From Mycobacteriales bacterium (lineage in GTDB: Bacteria; Actinomycetota; Actinomycetes; JAFAQI01): DNA of 64,000 nucleotides. Position 1 is the stretch's first letter; each line of letters starts with the position of its first letter. The position numbers were made by a program, and so were the translations under genes. The stretch is taken from positions 27,379 through 91,378 of the forward strand of contig DASZPL010000135.1 in NCBI GenBank assembly GCA_035550315.1, written 5' to 3'. The notes beneath the pieces are model-generated. The model was not told the DNA's origin. It made no database searches and saw only the letters and a list, made by a program, of their open reading frames with translations. Below, piece by piece: positions 53,146-61,882 of this stretch.

Positions 53146-55809
53146 GTGATCCTACAAAGTTCAGCGACTAAGTCGAGTTATGTGGTGGTGGGCGCTGGTG
53201 CCGCCGGGACCCTGACTGCGACTCGGCTGTTGGACGAAGCCGGCCGAGCACATCGACCTGTCGATGTCACATTGGTCGACCCGCGGGACAGCGATGGCCG
53301 TGGCGTGGCGTTTTCGACAGGCGACGTACGTCACCTGCTCAACGTGCCGGCCGCGAAGATGTCGGCGTACTCGGAAGACCCGCAGCACTTCATGGCTTGG
53401 CTATCGGCACATGGCCGTCCGGTCGGCGAGGCCGACTTCGTGCCGCGAGTCTGGTACGGCGACTATCTTTCCGACGTCCTGGCAGACGCTGCGCGTCGGG
53501 CCCCGTGGGCACGGCTGCGGCGGGTCCGGGCGCGCGCCGCCGACCTGACGCGTCTCGGCCATCGATGTCAGGTCGTGCTCGAGACCGGCGATCGACTGAT
53601 CGCGGACACCGTGATCCTCGCCATCGGCCATCTCGGGGTGAACCTCGGCTGGGCGCCGGAGGAACTGCGCACTTCGCCTGCCCTGATCGCCGATCCCTGG
53701 CAGCCGGATGCGTTGACCGCCGTGCCGGCCGACGGCGACGTGCTCCTTGTCGGGACGGGTTTGACGATGGTCGACGCGTACCTCGTGGTGCAGCGCCCCG
53801 GGCGGGTGGTGCACGCCGTCTCCCGGCATGGTGAGCTACCGCGTAGCCACCGCACCGCTCTGTTGCCGGCGATGGAGGCCCCTGAGTTCTCTGTCGCGAC
53901 GCCGTCGCTCGCAGAGCTTCGGGAAGTGATGCGATCCCACATGGCGAAAGCCAAGGCCCGTTACGGCGACTGGCGGCCGGCGGTCGACAGCATCCGACCG
54001 ATCACGCAGCGCCTTTGGGCCGGCCTCGATGACGCTGATCGGGCAGAGTTCGCCGCGCTGGACGCGCGTGCCTGGGACGCCCTCCGGCATCGGGTTCCGC
54101 CCGCCAGCGCTTCCGTGATCGCCGATGCGCGCCAGGCTGGCGTCCTTCGCACCCACCGCGGCCGGGTCCTCAGCGCCCATCCCAACGGCGTCGGATTGGC
54201 CGTCACCCTCTCAACCGGCGAGACGGTTTCGGTCGGCGCTGTGGTCAACTGCACCGGCCCGTGCGATCGCCCGGCCGACAGCCCGGACCCATTCATCGGC
54301 CGTCTCCTCGAGCGTGGGCTGGCCCGTCCAGGAGCGCTCGGCATCGGTTTCGAAGCAGCCGGTGACGGTCGGGTGCTACCGAGGTCGGGTTCGTCACTGT
54401 CGATCTGGACGCTCGGGGCGCTCCGGAAGGGCGCGCTGTGGGAGTCGACCGCGATTCCCGAGATTCGGGACCAGGCAGCGGCGCTAGCACGCTGTCTTTT
54501 CCGCGAGTCGCGCACCGCGGCCCGCCCGGTCGACCCCTACGGCCTGCCGCTGTCAACCACGGCCGCGGCGGCGGCCGCATGGTGTCGCGCGATCAACGCT
54601 GTTCGCCGAGTGCAGGCCCACGCGGTTGAGGCGCTCGCCGAAGCAATCGAAGCGGACCCGGACTTTGCCCTTGGCCACGCGGCGATGGCCTTGCTCGGTC
54701 ACGAGTGGGATCTTCCCGTCGATCGAACGGATTGCTTGCGACGGTCAGTCGAAGCTGTCCGTTTCCGCGGCGATGCACGGGAGCGCAGCTTCGTCCACAT
54801 GGTGCGCAGCCGCCTCACCGGTCCGGTGGCCAGCGGAGACCGCGAGCTGCGCCGCCACATTGCGGCGCACCCGCGCGACTGCCTTGCGGTGAGTATCGCG
54901 CTGCCGACGATCGCGTTCAGCGGGTTGTCGCAGCCGGTGGAGGCGGCGTGGCAGCTCGTCGATGAGCTCACCCCGGCGTACGGAGACGACTGGTGGTTCC
55001 TCGGTATTCGTGCGTTCAGTCGTCAGGAGCAGGAGCGCTGGGCCGAGGCCGAATCGCTCGCCAGCCGGGCACTCGACGGCGACCCCGCGGCCGGGCACGC
55101 GGCTCATGCCCGCACCCACGTCTGCTACGAGACCGGCGCGCACGAATCCGGCCTGCAATGGCTGGACGGGTGGATTGCGGCACACGGGTCGGCGGCAAAC
55201 TTTCGCGCGCACTACTCGTGGCATGCCGCGTTGCACGAGCTTGCTCTCGATGACCTTGCCGCCGCGCGCGACCGGTTCGCCACCCAGCTGTCTCCGGCGG
55301 CGGTCACCGGCGCGCGGGCGCTGATCGACTCCGTCTCGCTGCTGTGGCGCCTGCGCCTGCTCGACGCGTGGCCGGGCGACCTTCCGGTCGCCCCACTGCT
55401 CGAAACGGTTGATGAGTGTGTCTTTGATCGCCCGACGACGCCGTTCGCGGCCTTGCACGCAATCGTCGGGATGGCGGCGGCGGCCGACATTGCCGGGCTC
55501 GAACGGCTCCGTCACTACCTCGACCGGCAACCGCAGCCGGTGTTTCGAGACGTATTGGCCACGCTATGTGCAGGGTTCGCGGCGGTCGCGGCCGCGCGAC
55601 CGCGCGACGGCATCCGTCCGTTGACCGATGTGTTGCCTCACCTTCGCCAGCTCGGCGGCAGTGTCGCCCAGCAAGAAGTCGTCGTCGAGACCTTGCTCTA
55701 CGCATTGACTGCTGCGGGGGAAGCGCGGTTGGCACGCGAGTTGCTTGCCGAGCGGCTGCGCCGGCGCGAATCGCCGTTGGACCGTCGCCGGCTCGCGACG
55801 CTGAGCTGA
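53146..55809 (+). CDS. YdhS-like FAD/NAD(P)-binding protein fused to a TTC38-like TPR domain
   Basis: The N-terminal ~460 aa carry YVVVGAGAAGT and a second LLVGTGLTMVD nucleotide-binding motif. The C-terminal ~410 aa (from ~54520) track the TTC38 family by eye: GLPLSTT, ADPDFALGHA, H..THVCYE, AHYSWHAALHEL, IDSVSLLWRL, LGGS.AQQ.V. Start set at GTG 53146; the track start at 53062 lies inside the divergent gene. Confidence 0.7.
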   Translation: MILQSSATKSSYVVVGAGAAGTLTATRLLDEAGRAHRPVDVTLVDPRDSDGRGVAFSTGDVRHLLNVPAAKMSAYSEDPQHFMAWLSAHGRPVGEADFVPRVWYGDYLSDVLADAARRAPWARLRRVRARAADLTRLGHRCQVVLETGDRLIADTVILAIGHLGVNLGWAPEELRTSPALIADPWQPDALTAVPADGDVLLVGTGLTMVDAYLVVQRPGRVVHAVSRHGELPRSHRTALLPAMEAPEFSVATPSLAELREVMRSHMAKAKARYGDWRPAVDSIRPITQRLWAGLDDADRAEFAALDARAWDALRHRVPPASASVIADARQAGVLRTHRGRVLSAHPNGVGLAVTLSTGETVSVGAVVNCTGPCDRPADSPDPFIGRLLERGLARPGALGIGFEAAGDGRVLPRSGSSLSIWTLGALRKGALWESTAIPEIRDQAAALARCLFRESRTAARPVDPYGLPLSTTAAAAAAWCRAINAVRRVQAHAVEALAEAIEADPDFALGHAAMALLGHEWDLPVDRTDCLRRSVEAVRFRGDARERSFVHMVRSRLTGPVASGDRELRRHIAAHPRDCLAVSIALPTIAFSGLSQPVEAAWQLVDELTPAYGDDWWFLGIRAFSRQEQERWAEAESLASRALDGDPAAGHAAHARTHVCYETGAHESGLQWLDGWIAAHGSAANFRAHYSWHAALHELALDDLAAARDRFATQLSPAAVTGARALIDSVSLLWRLRLLDAWPGDLPVAPLLETVDECVFDRPTTPFAALHAIVGMAAAADIAGLERLRHYLDRQPQPVFRDVLATLCAGFAAVAAARPRDGIRPLTDVLPHLRQLGGSVAQQEVVVETLLYALTAAGEARLARELLAERLRRRESPLDRRRLATLS

Positions 55810-55888
55810 TCGGGGGCGGCCTGTCGCGCAGATCACATTTGCGCGCGGCACCTGCGTTGGCGCCCCGCGCCCCATCGTGATATACGTT

Positions 55889-55915
55889 CTAAACGACCTA
55901 AGTTGAGTGGTTTAG
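55889..55915. promoter_or_regulatory. CTAAAC-N15-GTTTAG inverted repeat upstream of the SBP56-like gene
   Basis: Perfect 6-bp arms at 55889-55894 and 55910-55915 sit inside an AT-rich patch (55878-55925), ~35 nt upstream of the ATG at 55951. Confidence 0.5.
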
Positions 55916-55950
55916 TGCATATAGGCCATACGCCACCAGGAGGATGGGGA

Positions 55951-58374
55951 ATGCGGCTCGGCTCACGGACCAGGCGGAGCGTCATCATCGCGGCGGCCCT
56001 CGCGGTCGTCGCCTCGACTGGCACTGCCGTTGCAGCGTCGACGCAGCAATCAACTGGCGCCAACAGTTTGCTGCCGACCGTCACGAGGACGATCTCGAAA
56101 ATCTCGACCGGCGTGGGCAAGGTGACGGAGAGCATCAACTACACCGTCAACGCCGACCCGCAGTCGCGTGCGGACGCAACCGACAGCTATGGCAATCCGC
56201 TTGAGGGCCTGTCCCTGAAGGGTCTGCCCAGCCTGCCGGGCCTGGGCGCGAAGCTGCCGCTCGAGGACGGCAACAACCCCGACCTCGACAACGAGCCGTC
56301 CGGTGGTGCCTCGTGCCCGCCCGCCGGCAAGGGCCACGAGTACATGATCGTGTGGGCCGGCAAGATGAACGCGGCCGACCTGACCGGCAGCGACGTTGTC
56401 GATCTGCTGAACGGCGGCGAGGTCAACCCGGAGGGCCTCGCGTCTGAGATTCCCATCGAGTTCGGTGAGACCGGCTCGGACATGATGGTCACGATCGACG
56501 CCGAGCCCGGGTGTAACACCTACGGCAAGGTGGTCAACGTCTCGGTGATCACTGGTCCCGACGGCATCGAGAACGAGCCGCACCACATGCAGTACACCTG
56601 GTATCCGAACCAGACGGTCTGGGCCGGCGGTCTGTTCACATCACGGCTGTTCACGTTCGATCTGTCGAACCTGCCGCAGGTGACGCTGCAGAAGATCGAC
56701 GAGCCGTGGGCCACGCCGAGCGGGAGTATTTGGGACGCCTTTGCGACCCTGCCTAACGGCGACGCCTACGGCACGTTGATGGGCGGCCCGCTCTACGCGT
56801 ACGGCACGACGCCCGGCGCCGTCGTCGAGATTGCCGGCAACGACCACCCGGGCGCCAAGCCCGGCGACATCCTCGGTGAGTGGCCCGCCGACGCGCCGAA
56901 CAAGCTCGTCGACGGACTGAACTCGAACGGATCGGCCGCGGGCGCACTGCTGCAATCGCTCGGCCAGACCGTGACCAACGTCCCGAATCTCATCAACAGC
57001 ACCAACTGCCCGCCGCCGAACTCGAACGACGGCCGGAAGCGGGCCGGATGCGACACCGGCCTGAACCTCAAGACCGGGTCTGGCATCACCAAGTGCCCCG
57101 ATTTCGGCAGCTGCGCCAACCCGCACGGTGTCCAAGTGCGCGCCGACCTGAAGACGTTGGTCACCTCGGACTACGCCGAGCCGGCGCAGATCATCGAAGA
57201 CCCGATCAAGCCGTCGAGCGCGAACTACTTCCGGCGGACGGTCCGAGTCTGGAGCTTGGGCAACCAAGGGTGCTCCGGCAACAAGACGCCGGGCGCCTCG
57301 CTGAATCACCCCGAGATCTGTGCGGTCGACGTCATGCCACAGGGACCGCGTGACGACGCCAACCCGGCGCACGCGGAAAACATGGGAATCATGGAGAACG
57401 GCGCTACCTGGGACTACCCCTTGCCCGACGGCCGGATCCCGAAGGGGTGGTTCTCGGAAAGCATGTGTGGCGGCGCGGTCTTCTACACGCCGGACATCAC
57501 CGACACCAAGGACCACCCCTGGCACGAGGTCTTCGACTCGACCGCCGCCGCGAACGCGCTGCATAACGGCGGCGCCGGACGCAACGCACCCGGCGGCAAC
57601 AACGGCAAGACCCCGCTGAATGAGCCAGCCGGCTGCGACGGCGCCGCATGGGACGTCGTGAGTCCGGACAACCGGTTCCTCGGTCACGCCGTGAACGGCC
57701 GGTTTGTCCTGCAGGACGACTTCGACGACGCCGGCTCGCCGAAGATGGTCTACACCCTCAGCATCACGAAGCTGCTCGAAGCCGGCGACAGCTACAAGTG
57801 CGACCTCTCGGACAACGTCCGTGCGCTTGCCGACCCGACCCTCGGGGGCAAGGACTGCCCGACCGTCGTCGGTGTGGTCCCGATCAACGACCCGACCTCC
57901 GGCGGTCCGCACTGGGCCGAGTTCGACAACTTCCGGCTCGCCGCGGTCAAGATCAAGGATCCGAAGACCGGAAAGATTGTCACCGACTATCACGCCCCGA
58001 CCCGGATCGCGGAAGCCAACTACTTCGTCGCGCGCACCGGCGTCGACGGCAACCACACGGTCTGCATGATCAACATGAACCCGAAGACCGGCTCGCTGTC
58101 GCTGGACACCAGCTTCATCGACGAGACCGAGGGCACGCCCTGTGTCCAGTTCAACCGTCGTGACTGGCCGGACCCGAACATCAAGGGGTTCTACAAGCCG
58201 CACTCGATGCTGTTCGTCGAGAACGGCGCGCCCGCTACGGGCTATACGCCGTACGGCCACGACTACGGCCCGAACTGCCAGTTCGGCAAGGTCGTCGACG
58301 GCGAATGCCATGGCTACTGGGGCGAGCCGATCGACATGGGAGCCGATACCGCCGGCCTCCCGTACGAGGAGTGA
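55951..58374 (+). CDS. expanded selenium-binding-protein (SBP56)/methanethiol-oxidase-like secreted protein
   Basis: ATG 55951 with a GGAGGA SD. The signal peptide has a twin arginine (SRTRRSVIIAAALAV). Colinear by-eye matches to SBP56: MMVTIDAEPGCNTYGKVV..NEPHHMQYTW (cf. LATVDVDPKSPQY..VIH..ELHHSGWN), SRLFTFDL, HGVQVRADLKTLVTSDYAEP, SPDNRFL, GGPHW. At 807 aa it is far longer than the ~470 aa I recall for the family. Confidence 0.6.
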   Translation: MRLGSRTRRSVIIAAALAVVASTGTAVAASTQQSTGANSLLPTVTRTISKISTGVGKVTESINYTVNADPQSRADATDSYGNPLEGLSLKGLPSLPGLGAKLPLEDGNNPDLDNEPSGGASCPPAGKGHEYMIVWAGKMNAADLTGSDVVDLLNGGEVNPEGLASEIPIEFGETGSDMMVTIDAEPGCNTYGKVVNVSVITGPDGIENEPHHMQYTWYPNQTVWAGGLFTSRLFTFDLSNLPQVTLQKIDEPWATPSGSIWDAFATLPNGDAYGTLMGGPLYAYGTTPGAVVEIAGNDHPGAKPGDILGEWPADAPNKLVDGLNSNGSAAGALLQSLGQTVTNVPNLINSTNCPPPNSNDGRKRAGCDTGLNLKTGSGITKCPDFGSCANPHGVQVRADLKTLVTSDYAEPAQIIEDPIKPSSANYFRRTVRVWSLGNQGCSGNKTPGASLNHPEICAVDVMPQGPRDDANPAHAENMGIMENGATWDYPLPDGRIPKGWFSESMCGGAVFYTPDITDTKDHPWHEVFDSTAAANALHNGGAGRNAPGGNNGKTPLNEPAGCDGAAWDVVSPDNRFLGHAVNGRFVLQDDFDDAGSPKMVYTLSITKLLEAGDSYKCDLSDNVRALADPTLGGKDCPTVVGVVPINDPTSGGPHWAEFDNFRLAAVKIKDPKTGKIVTDYHAPTRIAEANYFVARTGVDGNHTVCMINMNPKTGSLSLDTSFIDETEGTPCVQFNRRDWPDPNIKGFYKPHSMLFVENGAPATGYTPYGHDYGPNCQFGKVVDGECHGYWGEPIDMGADTAGLPYEE

Positions 58375-61178
58375 CGGCGGGCCGCCCGCCGCGCCGGAGC
58401 CTGCGATTGCTCCGGCGCGGCGGAACGGTCGCAGTGCTGGCCGGGGGGCTTGCCGTCGGCATCGCGAGTCCGGCGTCTGCGCATCCCTACCTGCTGCGCA
58501 GCGATCCGGTAGCAGGTGCCGTGCTGCCTGCTACCCCCAGCGAGATCCACATCTTCTACACCGAGGGTCTCGACCGGCCGTACTGCTCGGTCACGATCGT
58601 GACGCCTGCCGGTCAGGACATCACCACTCGACAGGTCGCTGCCGGACAGCCGACCGAGCTCGCCGTCGCGCCCACCCGGTCGCTGACCGCGACCGGCACG
58701 TACGCGGTTGAGTGGACGGCGGTCGGCGATGACGGCCACACCGTCATCGGCAACTTCGGTTTCAGCGTGGGGCATCCGACGAGCAACTCGGCGGTTGGGT
58801 CAACGGTTGGCACGACGACCGGCAGCGCAAGCGGTCAAGCCGGCCTGCAGCGACTGCTGCGGACCGTGCAGCCGATCGCCACTGTCATCTTCGCGGGATT
58901 CTTGTTACTCGCCGGCGCCATAGCCGCTGCTCGGCGCCGGGCCGTGCGCGCTCGTGCCATCAGTTTCGCGGTGCACTGCGGCGTCGTGCTTGCGTTGTGC
59001 GGCGCGGCCGTGGCCGATGGCGGATGGACCGCATTTGCCGGCTCCGAGCTCGGGCATCGGCTTCTCGTCGCGCTCGGACTCAGCCTGTTGGCCGTCGGCG
59101 TGGTTGTCGATCGGGGCGCCCTGGCCGCCGGGCGAGCACCGGCCGGCTGGCGGCGCTACGCCGGCCCGGCTCTCGCTGCTGGCCTGCTCGTCGTCCTCGC
59201 CATGTCCGGGCATGCCGACAGTCAGCCCGAGAGCCGGCGGGCACTGGCGATCGTGGTCTATTCGGTGCATCTCGTCGCAGTGAGCGTCTGGATCGGAGCG
59301 CTGGTTGCGGTGCTCCTGCGGCTGCGACCCGGACGGGACATTGCGCTGACCGACTCATCGGTGCGGCGGTTGCGCGGAGTCGTCGTGGTCTCGCTCCTAG
59401 CCGTGCTGGGAACCGGGCTTGCGACGACCGACTGGGGACTGCGGTCGCTGTCCGATGTGCTGCACACGACGTACGGCGCGCTTGCCATCACCAAGCTGTC
59501 GCTGTTCGGCGTCATCGTCGTTCTCGGTGGCGCCGCGGCCTGGTCCCGGACGCGTGGCCATCGCCGTCGGGTTGGCTCGATGTTGTTTGCCGCAGAGGGA
59601 ACGGTTGCCGTCGCGACGTTGGTGGTGGCCGGAGCCCTCGGCCAGATTGCGCAGCCGCTCGATCAGCCCTACGCCTCGCAGGCCTACGCCAGCGCCGCCG
59701 GGCTGCCGGTCGCCGTTGCTGCTGACGGGTCCGATTCGCTCGTTGTCGGGGCATTGGCACCCGGGATCGTCGGTGACAACACCCTCGTCGTCGAGGTTGG
59801 AGACGCCGACGAGGATGACTTTCTGAGCCCGGCGCCGGACGTGCGCTCCGTTCGTGCGACGTTGAGCTGTGGTTGCGGAGTAGCTGATCGCGACGTACGG
59901 CTGCAGCCGACCGGCGGTGGTGCCGAGTGGACCGGCGACGTGGATCTGCCGGCGGCCGCATCGTGGTTGGTCACGGCCCACGTGCGACGGTCGAACGGCT
60001 CGCCGGTCACGGTGCGGCTGCCGGAGCAGGTCGACCGGCCTGACCTGCCCGACCAGGTGGTAGTCGGAGTGCCGACGTCGTTGTCGGGGCGCACGGGCGA
60101 GACCTGCCGGGACGAGACCCTCGGCCTCCAGGTCGCGCTGGCCGACGTGAACTCGACGGCCGCCGATCACGGCGCGCTCGTCCGGGTGGTGGCGGTCGAT
60201 CTGCACGACGGCGTTGCCTCGGCGATCGCCCGGCTGCGGCGGCTTGGCGCGGCCGTCTTGGCCATGCCATGCGGGAGTCAGCAGCAGCTCAGTCGCATCG
60301 AGCGCGGCGCGGATGCGGCGGGCCTGCCAGTGGTGACCGGCGCGGCGACCACCGCGACCGATGCCGCTACCTGGTCGATGCAACCGGACTGGCGCTCGGA
60401 GGGAGCCGCAATCGGTCAGCAGGCCGTTCGGCAAGGGGGCCGCGTCGTGACGGCCGTCGTCGGTCGCACCGCAGTCGACCGCATGGAGGTCGCCGGCTTG
60501 CGCAGCGCGTTGGCGGACACCTCGGTGCGGCTGCGGACGAGCGTGCTGCCCGATCGGCCGGTGCGCTGGGTCCGGTCGCTCGAGCAGACTCGCACCGACC
60601 TGGTCGCGGTCCTGGCCGACCGCGAGGAAGCGCTGCCGCTGACCCACGCCTTCTCGAAGGTCGTCGCCGACGCGGGATGGCTGCCCTCGCACGGAATCGT
60701 GGCGTCCAGCCAGTTGATGAGCACCGACTTCATCAACGCCGCGGGGGACATCACCCGACTCGGCGCGATCGAGTTCGCGAGTGACATCAACCCATTCGAC
60801 CCGGTCTCGCAGTACTACGCCGAGCGGTTGCGGGCGCTCGAGCCCGGCTTGCGTCCCAGCTTTGACGGGCTGCACGGCTACGAAGGAGGCCTTGTGATCA
60901 GCTCCGCCCTACGCGACGGAGGCGGCCGTCCGTCGGCAGCGCAGCTGACCGGGCTGCTCGGCCGACGCTTCACGGACTTCGCGGTCGGCAGTTACCGCGT
61001 CGGGTGGCGTCCGACCGGCGGCACCTCGACATCGATCGCCTTCTTCCGGTCGACGTACATCAACCCGATGGCGCTGCCGGCCGATACGCCGGGTGGCGCC
61101 TCCTCGCTCGCTCACGAGGGCACGTTCCTCGACACCGGCGGGTTCGAGCAGGTCGCGCCGTTCCGGACGATCTCATGA
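58371..61178 (+). CDS. CopC-CopD-YtkA-like-periplasmic-binding-protein (type 1) fusion
   Basis: GTGA overlap with the upstream stop. Signal peptide ASA|HPYLLRSDP, with a CopC domain ending DDGHTVIGNFGFSV. A multi-TM CopD-like region follows, then an Ig-like segment (GDNTLVVEV...WTGDVDL...WLVTAHV), then a ~370-aa LivJ/PBP1-like C-terminal domain. Confidence 0.65.
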   Translation: MTAGRPPRRSLRLLRRGGTVAVLAGGLAVGIASPASAHPYLLRSDPVAGAVLPATPSEIHIFYTEGLDRPYCSVTIVTPAGQDITTRQVAAGQPTELAVAPTRSLTATGTYAVEWTAVGDDGHTVIGNFGFSVGHPTSNSAVGSTVGTTTGSASGQAGLQRLLRTVQPIATVIFAGFLLLAGAIAAARRRAVRARAISFAVHCGVVLALCGAAVADGGWTAFAGSELGHRLLVALGLSLLAVGVVVDRGALAAGRAPAGWRRYAGPALAAGLLVVLAMSGHADSQPESRRALAIVVYSVHLVAVSVWIGALVAVLLRLRPGRDIALTDSSVRRLRGVVVVSLLAVLGTGLATTDWGLRSLSDVLHTTYGALAITKLSLFGVIVVLGGAAAWSRTRGHRRRVGSMLFAAEGTVAVATLVVAGALGQIAQPLDQPYASQAYASAAGLPVAVAADGSDSLVVGALAPGIVGDNTLVVEVGDADEDDFLSPAPDVRSVRATLSCGCGVADRDVRLQPTGGGAEWTGDVDLPAAASWLVTAHVRRSNGSPVTVRLPEQVDRPDLPDQVVVGVPTSLSGRTGETCRDETLGLQVALADVNSTAADHGALVRVVAVDLHDGVASAIARLRRLGAAVLAMPCGSQQQLSRIERGADAAGLPVVTGAATTATDAATWSMQPDWRSEGAAIGQQAVRQGGRVVTAVVGRTAVDRMEVAGLRSALADTSVRLRTSVLPDRPVRWVRSLEQTRTDLVAVLADREEALPLTHAFSKVVADAGWLPSHGIVASSQLMSTDFINAAGDITRLGAIEFASDINPFDPVSQYYAERLRALEPGLRPSFDGLHGYEGGLVISSALRDGGGRPSAAQLTGLLGRRFTDFAVGSYRVGWRPTGGTSTSIAFFRSTYINPMALPADTPGGASSLAHEGTFLDTGGFEQVAPFRTIS

Positions 61179-61882
61179 CAGGTCGCAGGCTCCGACGGCC
61201 CGCTGATGCGGCCTTGACTGCGGTCTTGCTCTCGGCACTCGCGCTCGGCCTGACCGGCTGCGGCGGGGGGAGCGCCGATAGCTCCGGCGGCGTGTCGTCG
61301 GCAGCGAGCCCGACCCCGATTAGCTCGCTCCGCGAATCCGGCGACACGCCGCCGGTCCCGCCCGGCTGCACGAGTGCGGCGTTGCCCGCGGTCTATCGGG
61401 AGGACGGTCGGCACAGCGGCGCCTTGTCGGCGACTGCCTACAGCTCATCCGCCGACGTCCAGGCAGCGCTGCTCTACGACCAGTACCAATCCGGTCTGCG
61501 AGCCGTGTTCACCAGGACGGCGCCGGCGCCCCGCACTCGGATCACCGGCGTTGTCAGCTGTGTCGCCATGCACTTTCCGACGACCGAGCAAGCCGCCCGT
61601 TTCTTCTCGTCGTACCGGTATCTGCGCAAACAAGCGGGTCGGCTCGCCCGGCGGTTGCCGATCGGGGCGTCGCTCGGAAGTGCGACGCGGTCGGCGGCGT
61701 ACCTCGAGCGACGGCAGTCGTTTCGCGGCTACCACATCGCGTCGACCGACGTCGCCGAGGTTGCGGCGCAATCCGGCAGCACGTTGTGGATCGCGTCGGT
61801 GGCGGCGCGACAACCTTCGGTCAGCCTCGCCAGGTCCCTGCTCGTTTCGATGCTGCGTGCGGACGCAAGAGGTGCCTCGTGA
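61175..61882 (+). CDS. lipoprotein, unknown function
   Basis: ATGA overlap with the upstream stop. Lipobox LGLTGC. 235 aa, no motif recognised. Confidence 0.6.
   Translation: MTGRRLRRPADAALTAVLLSALALGLTGCGGGSADSSGGVSSAASPTPISSLRESGDTPPVPPGCTSAALPAVYREDGRHSGALSATAYSSSADVQAALLYDQYQSGLRAVFTRTAPAPRTRITGVVSCVAMHFPTTEQAARFFSSYRYLRKQAGRLARRLPIGASLGSATRSAAYLERRQSFRGYHIASTDVAEVAAQSGSTLWIASVAARQPSVSLARSLLVSMLRADARGAS

Noticed and set aside
56641-58311. 556-aa ORF antisense to the SBP56-like gene
   Set aside because: Antisense artefact. The plus-strand frame has an SD, an export signal and family motifs.
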